Below are positions 1 to 8,657 of a stretch of 64,000 bases of DNA, piece by piece. Position 1 is the stretch's first letter. Each line of letters begins with the position of its first letter. Where the stretch lies: assembly GCA_964347975.1 (NCBI GenBank), contig CAYGAY010000008.1, positions 35,283-99,282 of the forward strand. The letters run 5' to 3'. Below the pieces are notes generated by a model that saw nothing but the letters and a program-made list of their open reading frames with translations, was not told the origin of the DNA and ran no database searches. This DNA is from an uncultured Dehalococcoidia bacterium (GTDB lineage: Bacteria; Chloroflexota; Dehalococcoidia; Lucifugimonadales; UBA3495). The position numbers and the translations under genes are program-made.

Positions 1-2392
1 TCACCGCCCGGTTCACGTCCTCGGCGGTCAGCGTGCGGTCGGCGGCGCGGAAGTGGATGCGAAAAGCCAGCGAACGCGTACCCTCCGGGACGTTTTCACC
101 CGCGAACACGTCGAAAAGCTCGGCGCGTTCCACCAGTCGCACTCGCTCGATGAGCCGTTGAACCTGAGCGGCCGGCACATCCGCCGGCACCACCAGGGAC
201 AGGTCGCGGTTGGCGGCCGGGAACCGCGAAAGGGACTGGAACCGGTTTTCAGGCGTGGCGACATCAGAGAGAAAGGCAAGCATATCGGCTAACCGCAGTT
301 CAAAATAGACCACCGGGTCGCCGGCCAGGTCAAAAGCTTCGCAAACGTCGGGATGGAGCTCGCCCGCCACACCAATGCCGGCGCCGCTGCCGGAGCCAAT
401 GACAACACGGGCGCATCGTCCGGGATGAAACAAGGGCCGGTCGTCCGCCTCAAAGGCGGCGTTGATGCCCATGCGACCCAGGGCGGCGGCCAATGTTCCG
501 GACAGGTCGTAAAAGTCCAGTGGCTCAGAGGCGTTCAGCCAGTTGGCGTCGTATCGCGGCCCCGACATTACGCCGGCGGCGAGTTCAACTTCCTGCGGCA
601 GGCCGGCGATCTGGGGAATGAAGGCTCGTCCCAGCTCGAACAGGCGGAACCCACCGTCATTGTGCCCCCGGTTGTAGGCCAAAGTGCTCAAGATGCTGGC
701 GGCCAGCGTGGGACGCAACACGTCCTGCTCGGCGGACATGGGATTAGCGACGCGGAGCAGCGCCCCGTCGTTCCCGTTAGCGCCATCCGGGCCCGCGCCC
801 AGGCGGGCCAAATCATCCGGGCTGACCAATGGGTAGCTGATGGTTTCCTGCATCCCGGCGGAGGCCAGCGCGTCGCGCAAGGCGTCCTTCAGAGTAGTCA
901 TGGGGTTGGACTGATGGTAAGGGATGGACGAGGACAGCATGGTGGTAGGCACTTCGTCGTAACCGATGATGCGGACCACTTCCTCGATGAGGTCCTCTTC
1001 GATGGCGATGTCGCTGCGCCAGTAGGGCGGGTCGGCTTCCAGGCGGTCCGGCCCGGTGCGGCGGGTGGTGATGCCCAGGCGGTCCAGCACCGACTCGGCG
1101 CGGACGATGTCCAAATCCATTCCCAGCACTTGCCGCAAGCGATTTACGGTTAGCGGCACCGGCGCGACCGGCGCGTCGCCTTCGGGGAATACGTCGATGA
1201 TGCCGGCAGCGGCCTCACCACCGGCAGTTGCCAGGATGAGTTGGGTCGCCCGGCGCAAAGCTAGGGGCGCGAGTTTGGGGCGCAGTCCTTTTTCGAAGCG
1301 CAGGCTGGCCTCGGTGCGGAGATTCAGACCGGTTGAGGTGCTCCGGTTGTTCAAGGGATGGAACGTTGCCGATTCCAGGAGCATATTGGTGGTGGCCTGG
1401 GTTATCTCGCTGTTGGCGCCGCCCATCACGCCGCCGATACCGATGGCCTGGGCGGGGTCGGCAATGAGCAGGTTGTCGCTGGACAGAGTCCGTTCCACGC
1501 CGTCCAGGGTGGTGAACTTCTCCCCGGCGGCGGCGCGCCGTACTACCACGTGGCGGTCGGTGACGGTGTCCAGGTCGAAGGCGTGGAGCGGCTGGTTGAA
1601 CTCCAGCATCACGTAGTTGGTGACGTCCACCACGTTGTTGATGGGACGCAGGCCGGCGCGAATGAGGCGGTCCTGCATCCAATGGGGTGACGGGCCGATG
1701 GCGATGCCGGTGATCACCGAGGCGGTGTAGCGGTGGCACAGGTCCGGGTCGGCGATGGTGACCCGCGCCAGCGTGTCCACGGGCGGGCCGGCCTCAAGAT
1801 AAGAAATATCGGGAACCCGCACGGGCTGCCCAGTGATGGCGCCAATCTCCCGCGCCACGCCAAGGATGGACAGGCAATCGCCCCGGTTGGGGGTGAGTTC
1901 CAGCTCCAGGAAGGTATCGCCGAGGGCAGCATCCAGCGGTGTCCCGACCACGGCGTCGTCGGGAAGCACGATGATGCCCTCGTGCTCGTCGCTGATTTCA
2001 AGCTCGGCCTCCGAGCAGATCATGCCTTCGGACACCACGCCGCGAATGCGGGCCGGCTTCAGTTCCTCCCGGCGTCCGGTGTGCATATTCATCAGCGTGA
2101 CGCCGGGCCGGGCGAAGCAGATCTTCTGCCCGGCGGCCACGTTGGGCGCGCCACAGACCACCTCGATGGGCGGACCGTCGCCAGGATCAACCTCGCAAAG
2201 GGTCAGGGTATCAGCGTTGGGATGGGGGCGCGTGGCGCGGACGTAGCCGACTACGCAGCCATCCCAACCGCCGCGGGTGCTTACGTCGCCAACCTCGATA
2301 CCCCCCATGGTGAGCCGGTGGGCCAACTCGTCGGCCGGCAGGGTGATGTCAACGTAGTCGGAAAGCCAGGAGAAGGGGATGAGCATGGTCAT
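1..2392 (-). CDS. pheT: Phenylalanine--tRNA ligase beta subunit, 3' end beyond window edge
   Basis: Absent from ORF track because no stop lies inside the window. Reverse strand from ATG 2392 (alt. 2386) reads MTMLIPFSWLSDYVDITLPADELAHRLTMGGIEVGD...VVCGAPNVAAGQKICFARPG...RGVVSEGMICSEAE, the canonical PheT N-terminus/tRNA-binding domain. Lies directly downstream of pheS. Confidence 0.85.
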   Translation of the reverse strand, partial: MTMLIPFSWLSDYVDITLPADELAHRLTMGGIEVGDVSTRGGWDGCVVGYVRATRPHPNADTLTLCEVDPGDGPPIEVVCGAPNVAAGQKICFARPGVTLMNMHTGRREELKPARIRGVVSEGMICSEAELEISDEHEGIIVLPDDAVVGTPLDAALGDTFLELELTPNRGDCLSILGVAREIGAITGQPVRVPDISYLEAGPPVDTLARVTIADPDLCHRYTASVITGIAIGPSPHWMQDRLIRAGLRPINNVVDVTNYVMLEFNQPLHAFDLDTVTDRHVVVRRAAAGEKFTTLDGVERTLSSDNLLIADPAQAIGIGGVMGGANSEITQATTNMLLESATFHPLNNRSTSTGLNLRTEASLRFEKGLRPKLAPLALRRATQLILATAGGEAAAGIIDVFPEGDAPVAPVPLTVNRLRQVLGMDLDIVRAESVLDRLGITTRRTGPDRLEADPPYWRSDIAIEEDLIEEVVRIIGYDEVPTTMLSSSIPYHQSNPMTTLKDALRDALASAGMQETISYPLVSPDDLARLGAGPDGANGNDGALLRVANPMSAEQDVLRPTLAASILSTLAYNRGHNDGGFRLFELGRAFIPQIAGLPQEVELAAGVMSGPRYDANWLNASEPLDFYDLSGTLAAALGRMGINAAFEADDRPLFHPGRCARVVIGSGSGAGIGVAGELHPDVCEAFDLAGDPVVYFELRLADMLAFLSDVATPENRFQSLSRFPAANRDLSLVVPADVPAAQVQRLIERVRLVERAELFDVFAGENVPEGTRSLAFRIHFRAADRTLTAEDVNRAV

Positions 2393-2400
2393 CGAGCAGG

Positions 2401-2550
2401 CTATGCGGTATCGCGCTGTTCAGTAAGGGCCGCGGGGGTGTCAGCTTCCGGCATCGGCTCCCCGAGAATATCATCAAAGAGCCGCCGGGCGGCCTCGTAT
2501 TCGCCGTTTCGTAACATTTCTTGCGCTTCCTCACGCAATTCTTCGCTCAT
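2401..2550 (-). CDS. Small hypothetical protein (49 aa) between pheS and pheT
   Basis: ATG 2550 to TAG 2401 reads MSEELREEAQEMLRNGEYEAARRLFDDILGEPMPEADTPAALTEQRDTA. GC-rich third positions. Stop is 8 nt before the pheT ATG. Below the 60-aa cut-off of the track. Confidence 0.35.
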   Translation of the reverse strand: MSEELREEAQEMLRNGEYEAARRLFDDILGEPMPEADTPAALTEQRDTA

Positions 2551-2655
2551 CTAAACGTTCAAAGCTGCGCCGGTACAAATTACGGCCAGCCGCATCTAGG
2601 TATCCTGCGATGGTCATAGCGCTGGCCGAGCTCAATCATACCAGAACCGGCGCCG

Positions 2656-3717
2656 TCAGAACTGTCGCAAAAACCTCACGTCGTTCCTATAGAAATGCCG
2701 GATGTCGTCAATCCCGTACTTCAGCATCCCGATGCGCTCCGGCCCCATGCCGAAGGCGAAGCCGGTGTAACGCTGGGGGTCGTAGCCCACGCCTTCCAGC
2801 ACTCGCGGATGCACCATGCCGGCGCCCATGATCTCGATCCAGTCTTCGTCGCGGTTGATGGGACGCCGGCCCGTCTCCGGGTCAACGAAGTTGGAGATGG
2901 ACATATCCACGCCCGGCTCGACGAAGGGGAAGTAGTCGCAGCGGAAGCGAATCTGCCGGTCCTCGCCGAAGACGCGGCGGGCGAATTCGTACAGGGTGCC
3001 TTTCAGGTCGGCGAAGGTTATTCCTTCGGCTACCGCCAACCCTTCGATCTGGTAGAAGTGCCATTCGTGGGTGGCGTCGGTGGCCTCGTAGCGGTAGCAT
3101 TTGCCGGGAATGACCACGCGCACCGGCGGATCCTGGGCCTCCATGACGCGGGCCTGCATAGGCGAGGTGTGGGTCCGCAGCAGCATGGGCTGCTGGCCCT
3201 CCTCGTTCACGTAGTCCACCCACAGCGAGTTCCACATATCCCGCGCCGGATGGCCGGCGGGGATATTCAGCATCTCGAAGTTGTAGTGGTCCAACTCCAC
3301 CTCCGGCCCTTCGACCACGCTGAAACCCATGGCGACGAATGCGCTGCAAATCTCCCGCACAATTTGAGTGGTGGGATGCAGCCGCCCGGTGACCACCGGG
3401 CGGCCCGGCAGCGTAACGTCCAGAGCATCGCGGGAAGCCAACGCGGCCTGGGCGATCTCGCGTGTGCGACGGGCCAGCGCTTCCTCCAGCGCGTTTTTGG
3501 CCTGGTTGGCCCGCGAGCCGACGGCCCGGCGTTCATCAGGTTCCAGCGTGGAGATTGAACGGAGCAGCGCAGTTAGCTCTCCTCGCCGGCCCAGGTAGGC
3601 GATGCGCCATTGTTCGGCTCCGTCGGCGTGGGCAATGTTGTCCAACTCGTCGAGAGCGCTGCGGGTCAGCGCGTCAATGGCCTCTAGCGATGGCGACTGC
3701 GATGTGGATTGGGACAC
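2656..3717 (-). CDS. pheS: Phenylalanine--tRNA ligase alpha subunit
   Basis: Track ORF 2656..3783 with PheS motifs (HPTTQIVREI..., FEMLNIPAGHPARDMW, LRTHTSPMQ, GFAFGMGPERI). The track start is TTG lying upstream of the predicted -10 box. First usable start after the promoter is GTG 3717 (VSQSTSQSPSLEAIDAL...). Confidence 0.9.
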   Translation of the reverse strand: MSQSTSQSPSLEAIDALTRSALDELDNIAHADGAEQWRIAYLGRRGELTALLRSISTLEPDERRAVGSRANQAKNALEEALARRTREIAQAALASRDALDVTLPGRPVVTGRLHPTTQIVREICSAFVAMGFSVVEGPEVELDHYNFEMLNIPAGHPARDMWNSLWVDYVNEEGQQPMLLRTHTSPMQARVMEAQDPPVRVVIPGKCYRYEATDATHEWHFYQIEGLAVAEGITFADLKGTLYEFARRVFGEDRQIRFRCDYFPFVEPGVDMSISNFVDPETGRRPINRDEDWIEIMGAGMVHPRVLEGVGYDPQRYTGFAFGMGPERIGMLKYGIDDIRHFYRNDVRFLRQF

Positions 3718-3753
3718 GATGGCGCACGGAGATACAACGATTGAGAGTGCCAA

Positions 3754-3783
3754 ATTATAGGCAGCGCCCCAACGCCGGGTCAA
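3754..3783 (-). promoter_or_regulatory. Sigma70-like promoter of pheS
   Basis: Reverse strand TTGACC (3783-3778), N18, TATAAT (3759-3754). The -35 box sits at the junction with the IS remnants. Confidence 0.5.
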
Positions 3784-3799
3784 GAAACGGACGCTACGA

Positions 3800-3829
3800 G
3801 GTAGCGTTGCAATTTAGGTGGCTTAGAAC
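3800..3829 (+). repeat. Solo copy of 30-nt IS terminal repeat (copy A)
   Basis: GGTAGCGTTGCAATTTAGGTGGCTTAGAAC. Same motif at 6016, 6913 (rc), 33111 and 63503. Confidence 0.7.
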
Positions 3830-3831
3830 CC

Positions 3832-4280
3832 CTAACAAAAAGATGATAGTCGTCGGAAGCAGATGATCGAGCAGCCCAGGGACCGGAAGGCTTCATGGAT
3901 GTCAGCGCGGCGCTCGTAGCGCACCCGCCGCCGGCGGAACTGGCGCAACCAGCCCAAGGTCCGCTCCACCACCCAGCGCTACACTCCCAGCCCGCTGCCA
4001 TGTTCGGCGCCCCGCCGGGCCAGCGCTGGCGCAATGTGCCGCGCCCGCAGTTCCTGGCGATGCTGCCGCGAGTCATAAGCCCGGTAGCGTAGAGCCGCTG
4101 GGGCCGACGACGGGGCCGTCCCCGTCGCCCTCCCAGCAGCGGCACGGCGTCCACCAGGGGCCGCAACTGGGTTACGTCGTGGCGATTGGCGCCGGTCAGG
4201 AGGGGCGACAGCGGCGTTCCGTTGGCCTCGGTGAGATGGCGCGGCCCATCGCGGACCCCTCCTCTCTCGTCAGTTGTCAT
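3832..4280 (-). pseudogene. IS5-family (IS427-like) DDE transposase, C-terminal fragment with frameshift and in-frame stop
   Basis: Track ORF 3780..4280 reads ...HLTEANGTPLSPLLTGANRHDVTQLRPLVDAVPLLGGRRGRPRRRPQRLYA. Another frame continues DRAYDSRQHRQELRARHIAPALARRGAEHGSGLGV*RWVVERTLGWLRQFRRRRVRYERRADIHEAF. N-terminal third of the protein is missing. Confidence 0.75.
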
Positions 4281-4313
4281 ACCACCCTATCACATGAAAC
4301 TGCGGCTGTAATA

Positions 4314-4694
4314 CTAGGGCCCTTCAGTGGGACCCTTTAGCACCAACGCCAACCGATGCCGATAATTCAGACAACAGCTCCGGCGCGGGGAGGAACCGCC
4401 GCTCAGTTCAAAAACCGGCGCCTTGGGGTCCCCTGGGCGAAGGCCCGGGCCCATTGGCCGATGGTGGGGGCACCCGCTCCCGGGTTCGACCCACCCCAGC
4501 CGCCGTCCCTCCCTGGGCCAGCAACTGCACCGCGTGCCAACGCTCCCGCTCCCGGGGTGGGGGCCCTCGGTACATCCGTCGCCGCACCGCAACCGCAGCC
4601 TCGTCCATGTGCCACTGCTCCGGCAACCCGCCCATCTGCTGCATACCCTGCTACCCCCTTGGATCTCCCAAACGACCGTCCGATTTGACCCCAA
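4314..4694 (-). pseudogene. IS630-like transposase N-terminal HTH fragment, multiply frameshifted
   Basis: Three overlapping minus-strand frames together give HMDEAAVAVRRRMYRGPPPRERERWHAVQLLAQGGTAA / PTIGQWARAFAQG / FELSGGSSP, the typical IS630 HTH region. No DDE domain follows. Confidence 0.55.
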
Positions 4695-4696
4695 TT

Positions 4697-5122
4697 CTAC
4701 CCAACACCAATGCGGGTTTCACCTTGGACTTGGTTTAGGTTCGGCAGTGGTGGTGGAGCATCGGCACTTTCGTGGTCCACTGCGAGGCTGGGCCACAGGC
4801 GTAGCCTCGCAGTGCTGACTGCCAGTCCGTCTTTGTCTGCGCCGTAGATGTTGTTGCTGATGAGGTCCAACTTCTGGCTGTAGAGGATCTCAGAAGTGTG
4901 GCCGGCACGGAATAGCGTCTCATTTAGCGTGAGGATCTCTTGTAGCATACCCAAGAGGAATGCCCCGGAGCCGCAGGCCGGGTCAACGGTTTTCATGTTT
5001 TTGATTGCTTCGTAGATGTCCGGCGCTTGCAGCTGGGTGATGGCATCAGGGTTCCGTTGATCCACTAGTAGCCGGTCATCTTTGAATTGATGGCTGAATG
5101 ATGGATCTGCCAGCATAGGCAT
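4697..5122 (-). pseudogene. N6-adenine DNA methyltransferase fragment (Eco57I/type IIG/PglX-like), truncated at both ends
   Basis: Motif I VDPACGSGAFLLGML, then NNIYGADKDGLAVSTARLRLW and PPPLPNLN. No NPPY catalytic motif and no N-terminal region. Flanked on both sides by IS630-type fragments. Confidence 0.65.
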
Positions 5123-5148
5123 TGCGGACTGGACTGTGGGAGGAACGC

Positions 5149-5487
5149 GTGTCAGCCCTGAAGCACCGTATCAAACTGACCCCGGAAGAGCACAGGAATT
5201 GCAGGCGCTGGTTTCCCGTGGGCGGGTCGCGGCCTACCAGCAGACCCATACCCACATCCTGCTACTGTGCGATGAAGCCCAGGAGGGCGGAGCCATGAAG
5301 GATGCTGAGATTGCCCAGGTCCTCAAGGTTGGCTTGGCCACGGTGGAAAGGGTGCGGCGGCGTGATGTGGAGGATGGGATTGGGGTGCAAGGCGCAATTG
5401 CGCCGCCGTGCGAAGAAGTTGGATGGTCAAGGTGAAGCATACCTGATTGCGTTGGCCTGCGGGGAACCGCCAGCCGGCCGGACGCCA
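5149..5487 (+). pseudogene. IS630-family transposase N-terminal fragment (frameshifted, truncated)
   Basis: VSALKHRIKLTPEEHR then a frame change to ELQALVSRGRVAAYQQTHTHILLLCDEAQEGGAMKDAEIAQVLKVGLATVERVRRR... and KLDGQGEAYLIALACGEPPAGR. Ends abruptly at the 15-mer GGGCTATCGCATATG (5488). Confidence 0.7.
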
Positions 5488-6001
5488 GGGCTATCGCATA
5501 TGGAATTTGGTGAATTGGGACCGGATGCTGACGAGGAAACTGTCGTCCCAACCAGCCCGTTTCAGCCTGCCTCGCATGGAACCTTTGCTGGGTTCCAGCC
5601 GCGCCGGGTTCAAGGCCAGCTCGCGCAGCAAGGCCAGGTTCGCGGCGCAAAGTCTTCCCGCCTACCGCGATGACACCCGCATAGCCCGCGGCAAACTGCC
5701 GCATGAACCCCACGAACCATCGCTGGAAGGCGTCGGGGTCAAGCAATCCCCCTTGCCCAGGCCAAAGAGTTCCATGTCGGCGCCGGTCGGGCCGCCGCAG
5801 AGCATGGCGCAAAAGGCGATAACCGGAATGTCATGGAGGGAATGGCGGCGGGCGTTGGTTGCCCGCGGGTCCTCCAGATCGGCAAATACGTCGGCTAACT
5901 CGGTCATGGCATGGTGTGTCTTCCCTTCCCTGCCGGATTAGTCAACATCATAATTAGCCAACATCATACCTAACACCGCAATTTGTCATATGCGATTGCC
6001 C
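5488..6001 (-). mobile_element. ISAs1-like IS remnant bounded by inverted 15-mers, internally deleted
   Basis: GGGCTATCGCATATG (5488-5502) and CATATGCGATTGCCC (5987-6001) are inverted. Inside, minus-strand MTELADVFADLEDPRATNARRHSLHDIPVIAFCAMLCGGPTGADMELFG (5907 downwards) is an ISAs1-type transposase N-terminus. It continues in another frame as LLDPDAFQRWFVGFMRQFA...GKTLRR. Only about 135 codons are present. Confidence 0.6.
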
Positions 6002-6015
6002 TGACCCCGATACCA

Positions 6016-6913
6016 GGTAGCGTTCCGATTCAGGTGGTTTGGTTGTACGATAGGGGCAGCGAGCAGGTTTTGGAGGTGTCCATCAGGGGGCTGCTGCATC
6101 AATTGGAAACCGAGTTGGAACAGGAGCTCCCGGTGCGATTGCGCCAAGCGTTGCCGGGGGCGCGGGACCTTTATCAGGCGCAATGTCCGGATTGCCAGTT
6201 GGCGATGCGCCGCCATCATGCTTATCGCCGTTCCATAATGACCGGCTACGGGGCAGTGGCGTTGTGGATACCGGTGTTCCGGTGCGGAGAATGCCGACGC
6301 ATGAGCGGCGGCGCCGACGTGTTGGGTGGGGATGCGCGTTATCGTCGGTACTCAAAAAAAACCGGCGAAACCGCCATGAAACTGGCGGGGCTGGGGTTGA
6401 GTTGCGCGGCGGCCAGCGGTTGGGGGTGGGGGCGGTGAAAAGCACACTGTGCCGTTGGCTGAAGTGGTGAGCGATGGCGACCGGGCCATCGCAGGGGGCC
6501 GGCAAATGGTTGCCTGCAAATGGTCTATGGGCGGGCGGTTCCCCATCAGTTGTGCCACTGAGCCACTTTCATTTGCTGCGGGAATACCGGCGCAATCTGG
6601 GTTGGGACGGCTGGCCCGAAGGGTGACGGCTGCTGGCGTCGGCCAGCGTGACCGGAGGGCAGCGATGGGCGCGGCGGGTGGCGGCCTTGACCGGCGGGCC
6701 GGCGGAATACTGGCGTCGAAAATCCTTGCGTGAGGGCCTGCGCCATTTGCAGACGGGGCCAGCGCAGTTCAATACCGCGTCGCGGCTGGAACGGCCGAAC
6801 CGGCAGTATCGCCGTCGGGAGCGGCAGGGAACGGTATGGTCGCCCCACGACCTATCGATACTCCTCCAAAAGCGTGGCCTGATCAACCAAACCACCTGAA
6901 TTGCAACGCTACC
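6016..6913 (+). mobile_element. Internally deleted (non-autonomous) IS with 30-bp terminal inverted repeats and 9-bp target duplication
   Basis: IRL GGTAGCGTTCCGATTCAGGTGGTTTGGTTG (6016-6045). IRR rc GGTAGCGTTGCAATTCAGGTGGTTTGGTTG (6913-6884). Direct repeat CCGATACCA at 6007-6015 and 6914-6922. Retains a zinc-ribbon N-terminal piece (CPDCQLAMRRHH...FRCGECRRM) and a C-terminal piece (FNTASRLERPNRQYRRRERQGTVWSPHDLSILL, IS256-like tail). Confidence 0.75.
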
Positions 6914-6922
6914 CCGATACCA

Positions 6923-7043
6923 GGGCTATCGCATATGACTATTCCCAGACAGATTGTATTGCGAGGTCAATTTCTCAAAATTTGCGGCGTTAGGCAGGCT
7001 TTCGTAATACAAACTACCCAGAAAAATTCATATGCGATAGCCC
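6923..7043. repeat. Miniature element bounded by the same inverted 15-mers as the ISAs1-like remnant
   Basis: GGGCTATCGCATATG (6923-6937), 91 bp of AT-richer DNA, then CATATGCGATAGCCC (7029-7043). Confidence 0.6.
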
Positions 7044-7064
7044 TGTTACAAGCGCCAAACAACA

Positions 7065-7093
7065 TTGACCTTAAATCGCGCCGTTGCTAAAAT
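7065..7093 (+). promoter_or_regulatory. Sigma70-like promoter of P450 copy 1
   Basis: TTGACC (7065-7070), N17, TAAAAT (7088-7093). Confidence 0.5.
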
Positions 7094-7176
7094 GTGCCTA
7101 ATCATGTTGGTGAAGCGCCAGCCCGCTTTGCGCCGGCGGTTTCAGTTTGCCTTGTAAAGTCATCGGGAGGGACTTT

Positions 7177-8463
7177 ATGGTTACCACTTTCAATGAAGAT
7201 CTGTTCTCGCCTGAGGTGATCCACGACCCCTACAGTTACTTCGGGCGGATGCGGGAAGAAGACCCGGTCCACTGGAATGCCCCCTACAAGCTCTGGGTTA
7301 TTACCAAGTACAAGGACTTGGTTTGGGTCACCCGGCGTCCGGAGGCTTTCTCGTCCGAGGTGTTCCATCGCGATCCGCTGCCCCCGTACCCCTCCATCGA
7401 CGAATCCGATATGGGCCTCTACGAGGACGTGCGGCGGTTCTTCAGCCAGTGGTTCATCCAGACCGACCGCCGGGCCGTCAGCACCCACGAGGAAATCCGC
7501 GAGCACGGCGGGCCCGATCATACCGACATGCGAAAGGTCATCCACGGCTACTTCACCCCGAAGGCTATGGAGCTCTGGCGCCCGCTGGTGCAGTCGGCCA
7601 TCAAGCAGTTGCTGGATGAGGCCGAAGATCGCGGCCACATGGACGTAATGCGTGACTACGCGACGCCGCTGCCGCTGCTGGTCATCGCTGCCATGATGGG
7701 TATTGAGACCTACGATCGGCAGTTCATCCGCTCCCTGGCCGAGAAGTTGTTGTTCATCGGGCGCGGCAACGCCGACCGGATGCAACCGTTGGCCGAGGGC
7801 ATCACCGAGTTGCAGGATTACCTGCGGCCCATGGTCAAAGAGCGGCTCAAGAATTCCAACGGCGACCTGCTGGACAAAATGACCGACGCTGCTCGCATGA
7901 CCAACGCCGCCGGCAAGCAAATTATGGATGAAGAGCAGGTCGTGGCCAACGCCATCCTGCTGCTGCTGGCCGGCCACGAGACCACCATCAACCTCATCTG
8001 CAACGGCACCCGCGCATTCATGACGCATCCCGACCAATGGGAGCTGTTCAAGACCGACCCGGCCGCCAAGACCGTCCGCGCCACCGAGGAATGCCTGCGG
8101 TTCGACGCGCCGGTCAAGTCCATCACCCGCATCGCCGGCGAGGACGTGGAACTAGGCGGCAAGCTGATCCAGAAGGACGAGCGGATGCGCTGGTTCGTTA
8201 CTTCAGCCAACCGCGACCCTGAGGTCTTCGACCGGCCCGACGACTTCGACATCGAGCGCTATCCCAACCCTCACGTTGCCTTCGGCTCCGGCATCCACCA
8301 CTGCCTGGGCGCTACGTTGGCCCGGTTGGAGGGGCAGGAGGCCTTCAAGGCCCTCGCCGAGCGGTTCCCCAACCTGAACATGGACTGCGACCCCGCGGAT
8401 CTGAGCTACACCTCCAGCATCACCTTCCGCACGTTGGAGACGCTGCCGGTGAAGCTGTCGTAA
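7177..8463 (+). CDS. Cytochrome P450, paralogue 1 (428 aa)
   Basis: LLLAGHETT I-helix, TEECLRFD (ExxR), FGSGIHHCLGATLARLEGQE Cys-ligand loop. ATG 7177 is preceded by GGGAGGG and aligns with the start of copy 2 (MVTTFNEDLFSPEV). Confidence 0.93.
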   Translation: MVTTFNEDLFSPEVIHDPYSYFGRMREEDPVHWNAPYKLWVITKYKDLVWVTRRPEAFSSEVFHRDPLPPYPSIDESDMGLYEDVRRFFSQWFIQTDRRAVSTHEEIREHGGPDHTDMRKVIHGYFTPKAMELWRPLVQSAIKQLLDEAEDRGHMDVMRDYATPLPLLVIAAMMGIETYDRQFIRSLAEKLLFIGRGNADRMQPLAEGITELQDYLRPMVKERLKNSNGDLLDKMTDAARMTNAAGKQIMDEEQVVANAILLLLAGHETTINLICNGTRAFMTHPDQWELFKTDPAAKTVRATEECLRFDAPVKSITRIAGEDVELGGKLIQKDERMRWFVTSANRDPEVFDRPDDFDIERYPNPHVAFGSGIHHCLGATLARLEGQEAFKALAERFPNLNMDCDPADLSYTSSITFRTLETLPVKLS

Positions 8464-8486
8464 CCGCTACCCGGAAAACCCGATCT

Positions 8487-8521
8487 ATCGGCCGCGGGGA
8501 AATCCGCGGCCGATTTTCATT
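8487..8521 (+). terminator. Rho-independent terminator after P450-1
   Basis: Stem ATCGGCCGCGG / CCGCGGCCGAT, loop GGAAAT, followed by TTTTCATTT. Confidence 0.7.
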
Positions 8522-8557
8522 TCGGTTTCCTGCGTACCGATCTTCGTCACCGACTTA

Positions 8558-8586
8558 TTGACATGATGCAAACCTGTAAGTACGAT
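8558..8586 (+). promoter_or_regulatory. Sigma70-like promoter of P450 copy 2
   Basis: TTGACA (8558-8563), N17, TACGAT (8581-8586). Confidence 0.5.
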
Positions 8587-8657
8587 GCAACCAATTTCGT
8601 AAGGATGCTGCTTCACGGTGGCGACAAACGCCTCTCAGTGTCAGAAGGAAGGACGCT

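Noticed and set aside
3718-3783. N-terminal extensions given by the ORF track (pheS 3783, valS 22389, aroC 17695, aroE 18673, dapA 63459, MFS 40402, subunit IV 46986 and others)
   Set aside because: The track takes the longest ATG/GTG/TTG ORF. Family N-termini, SD sequences and promoter positions support the shorter starts listed in the features.
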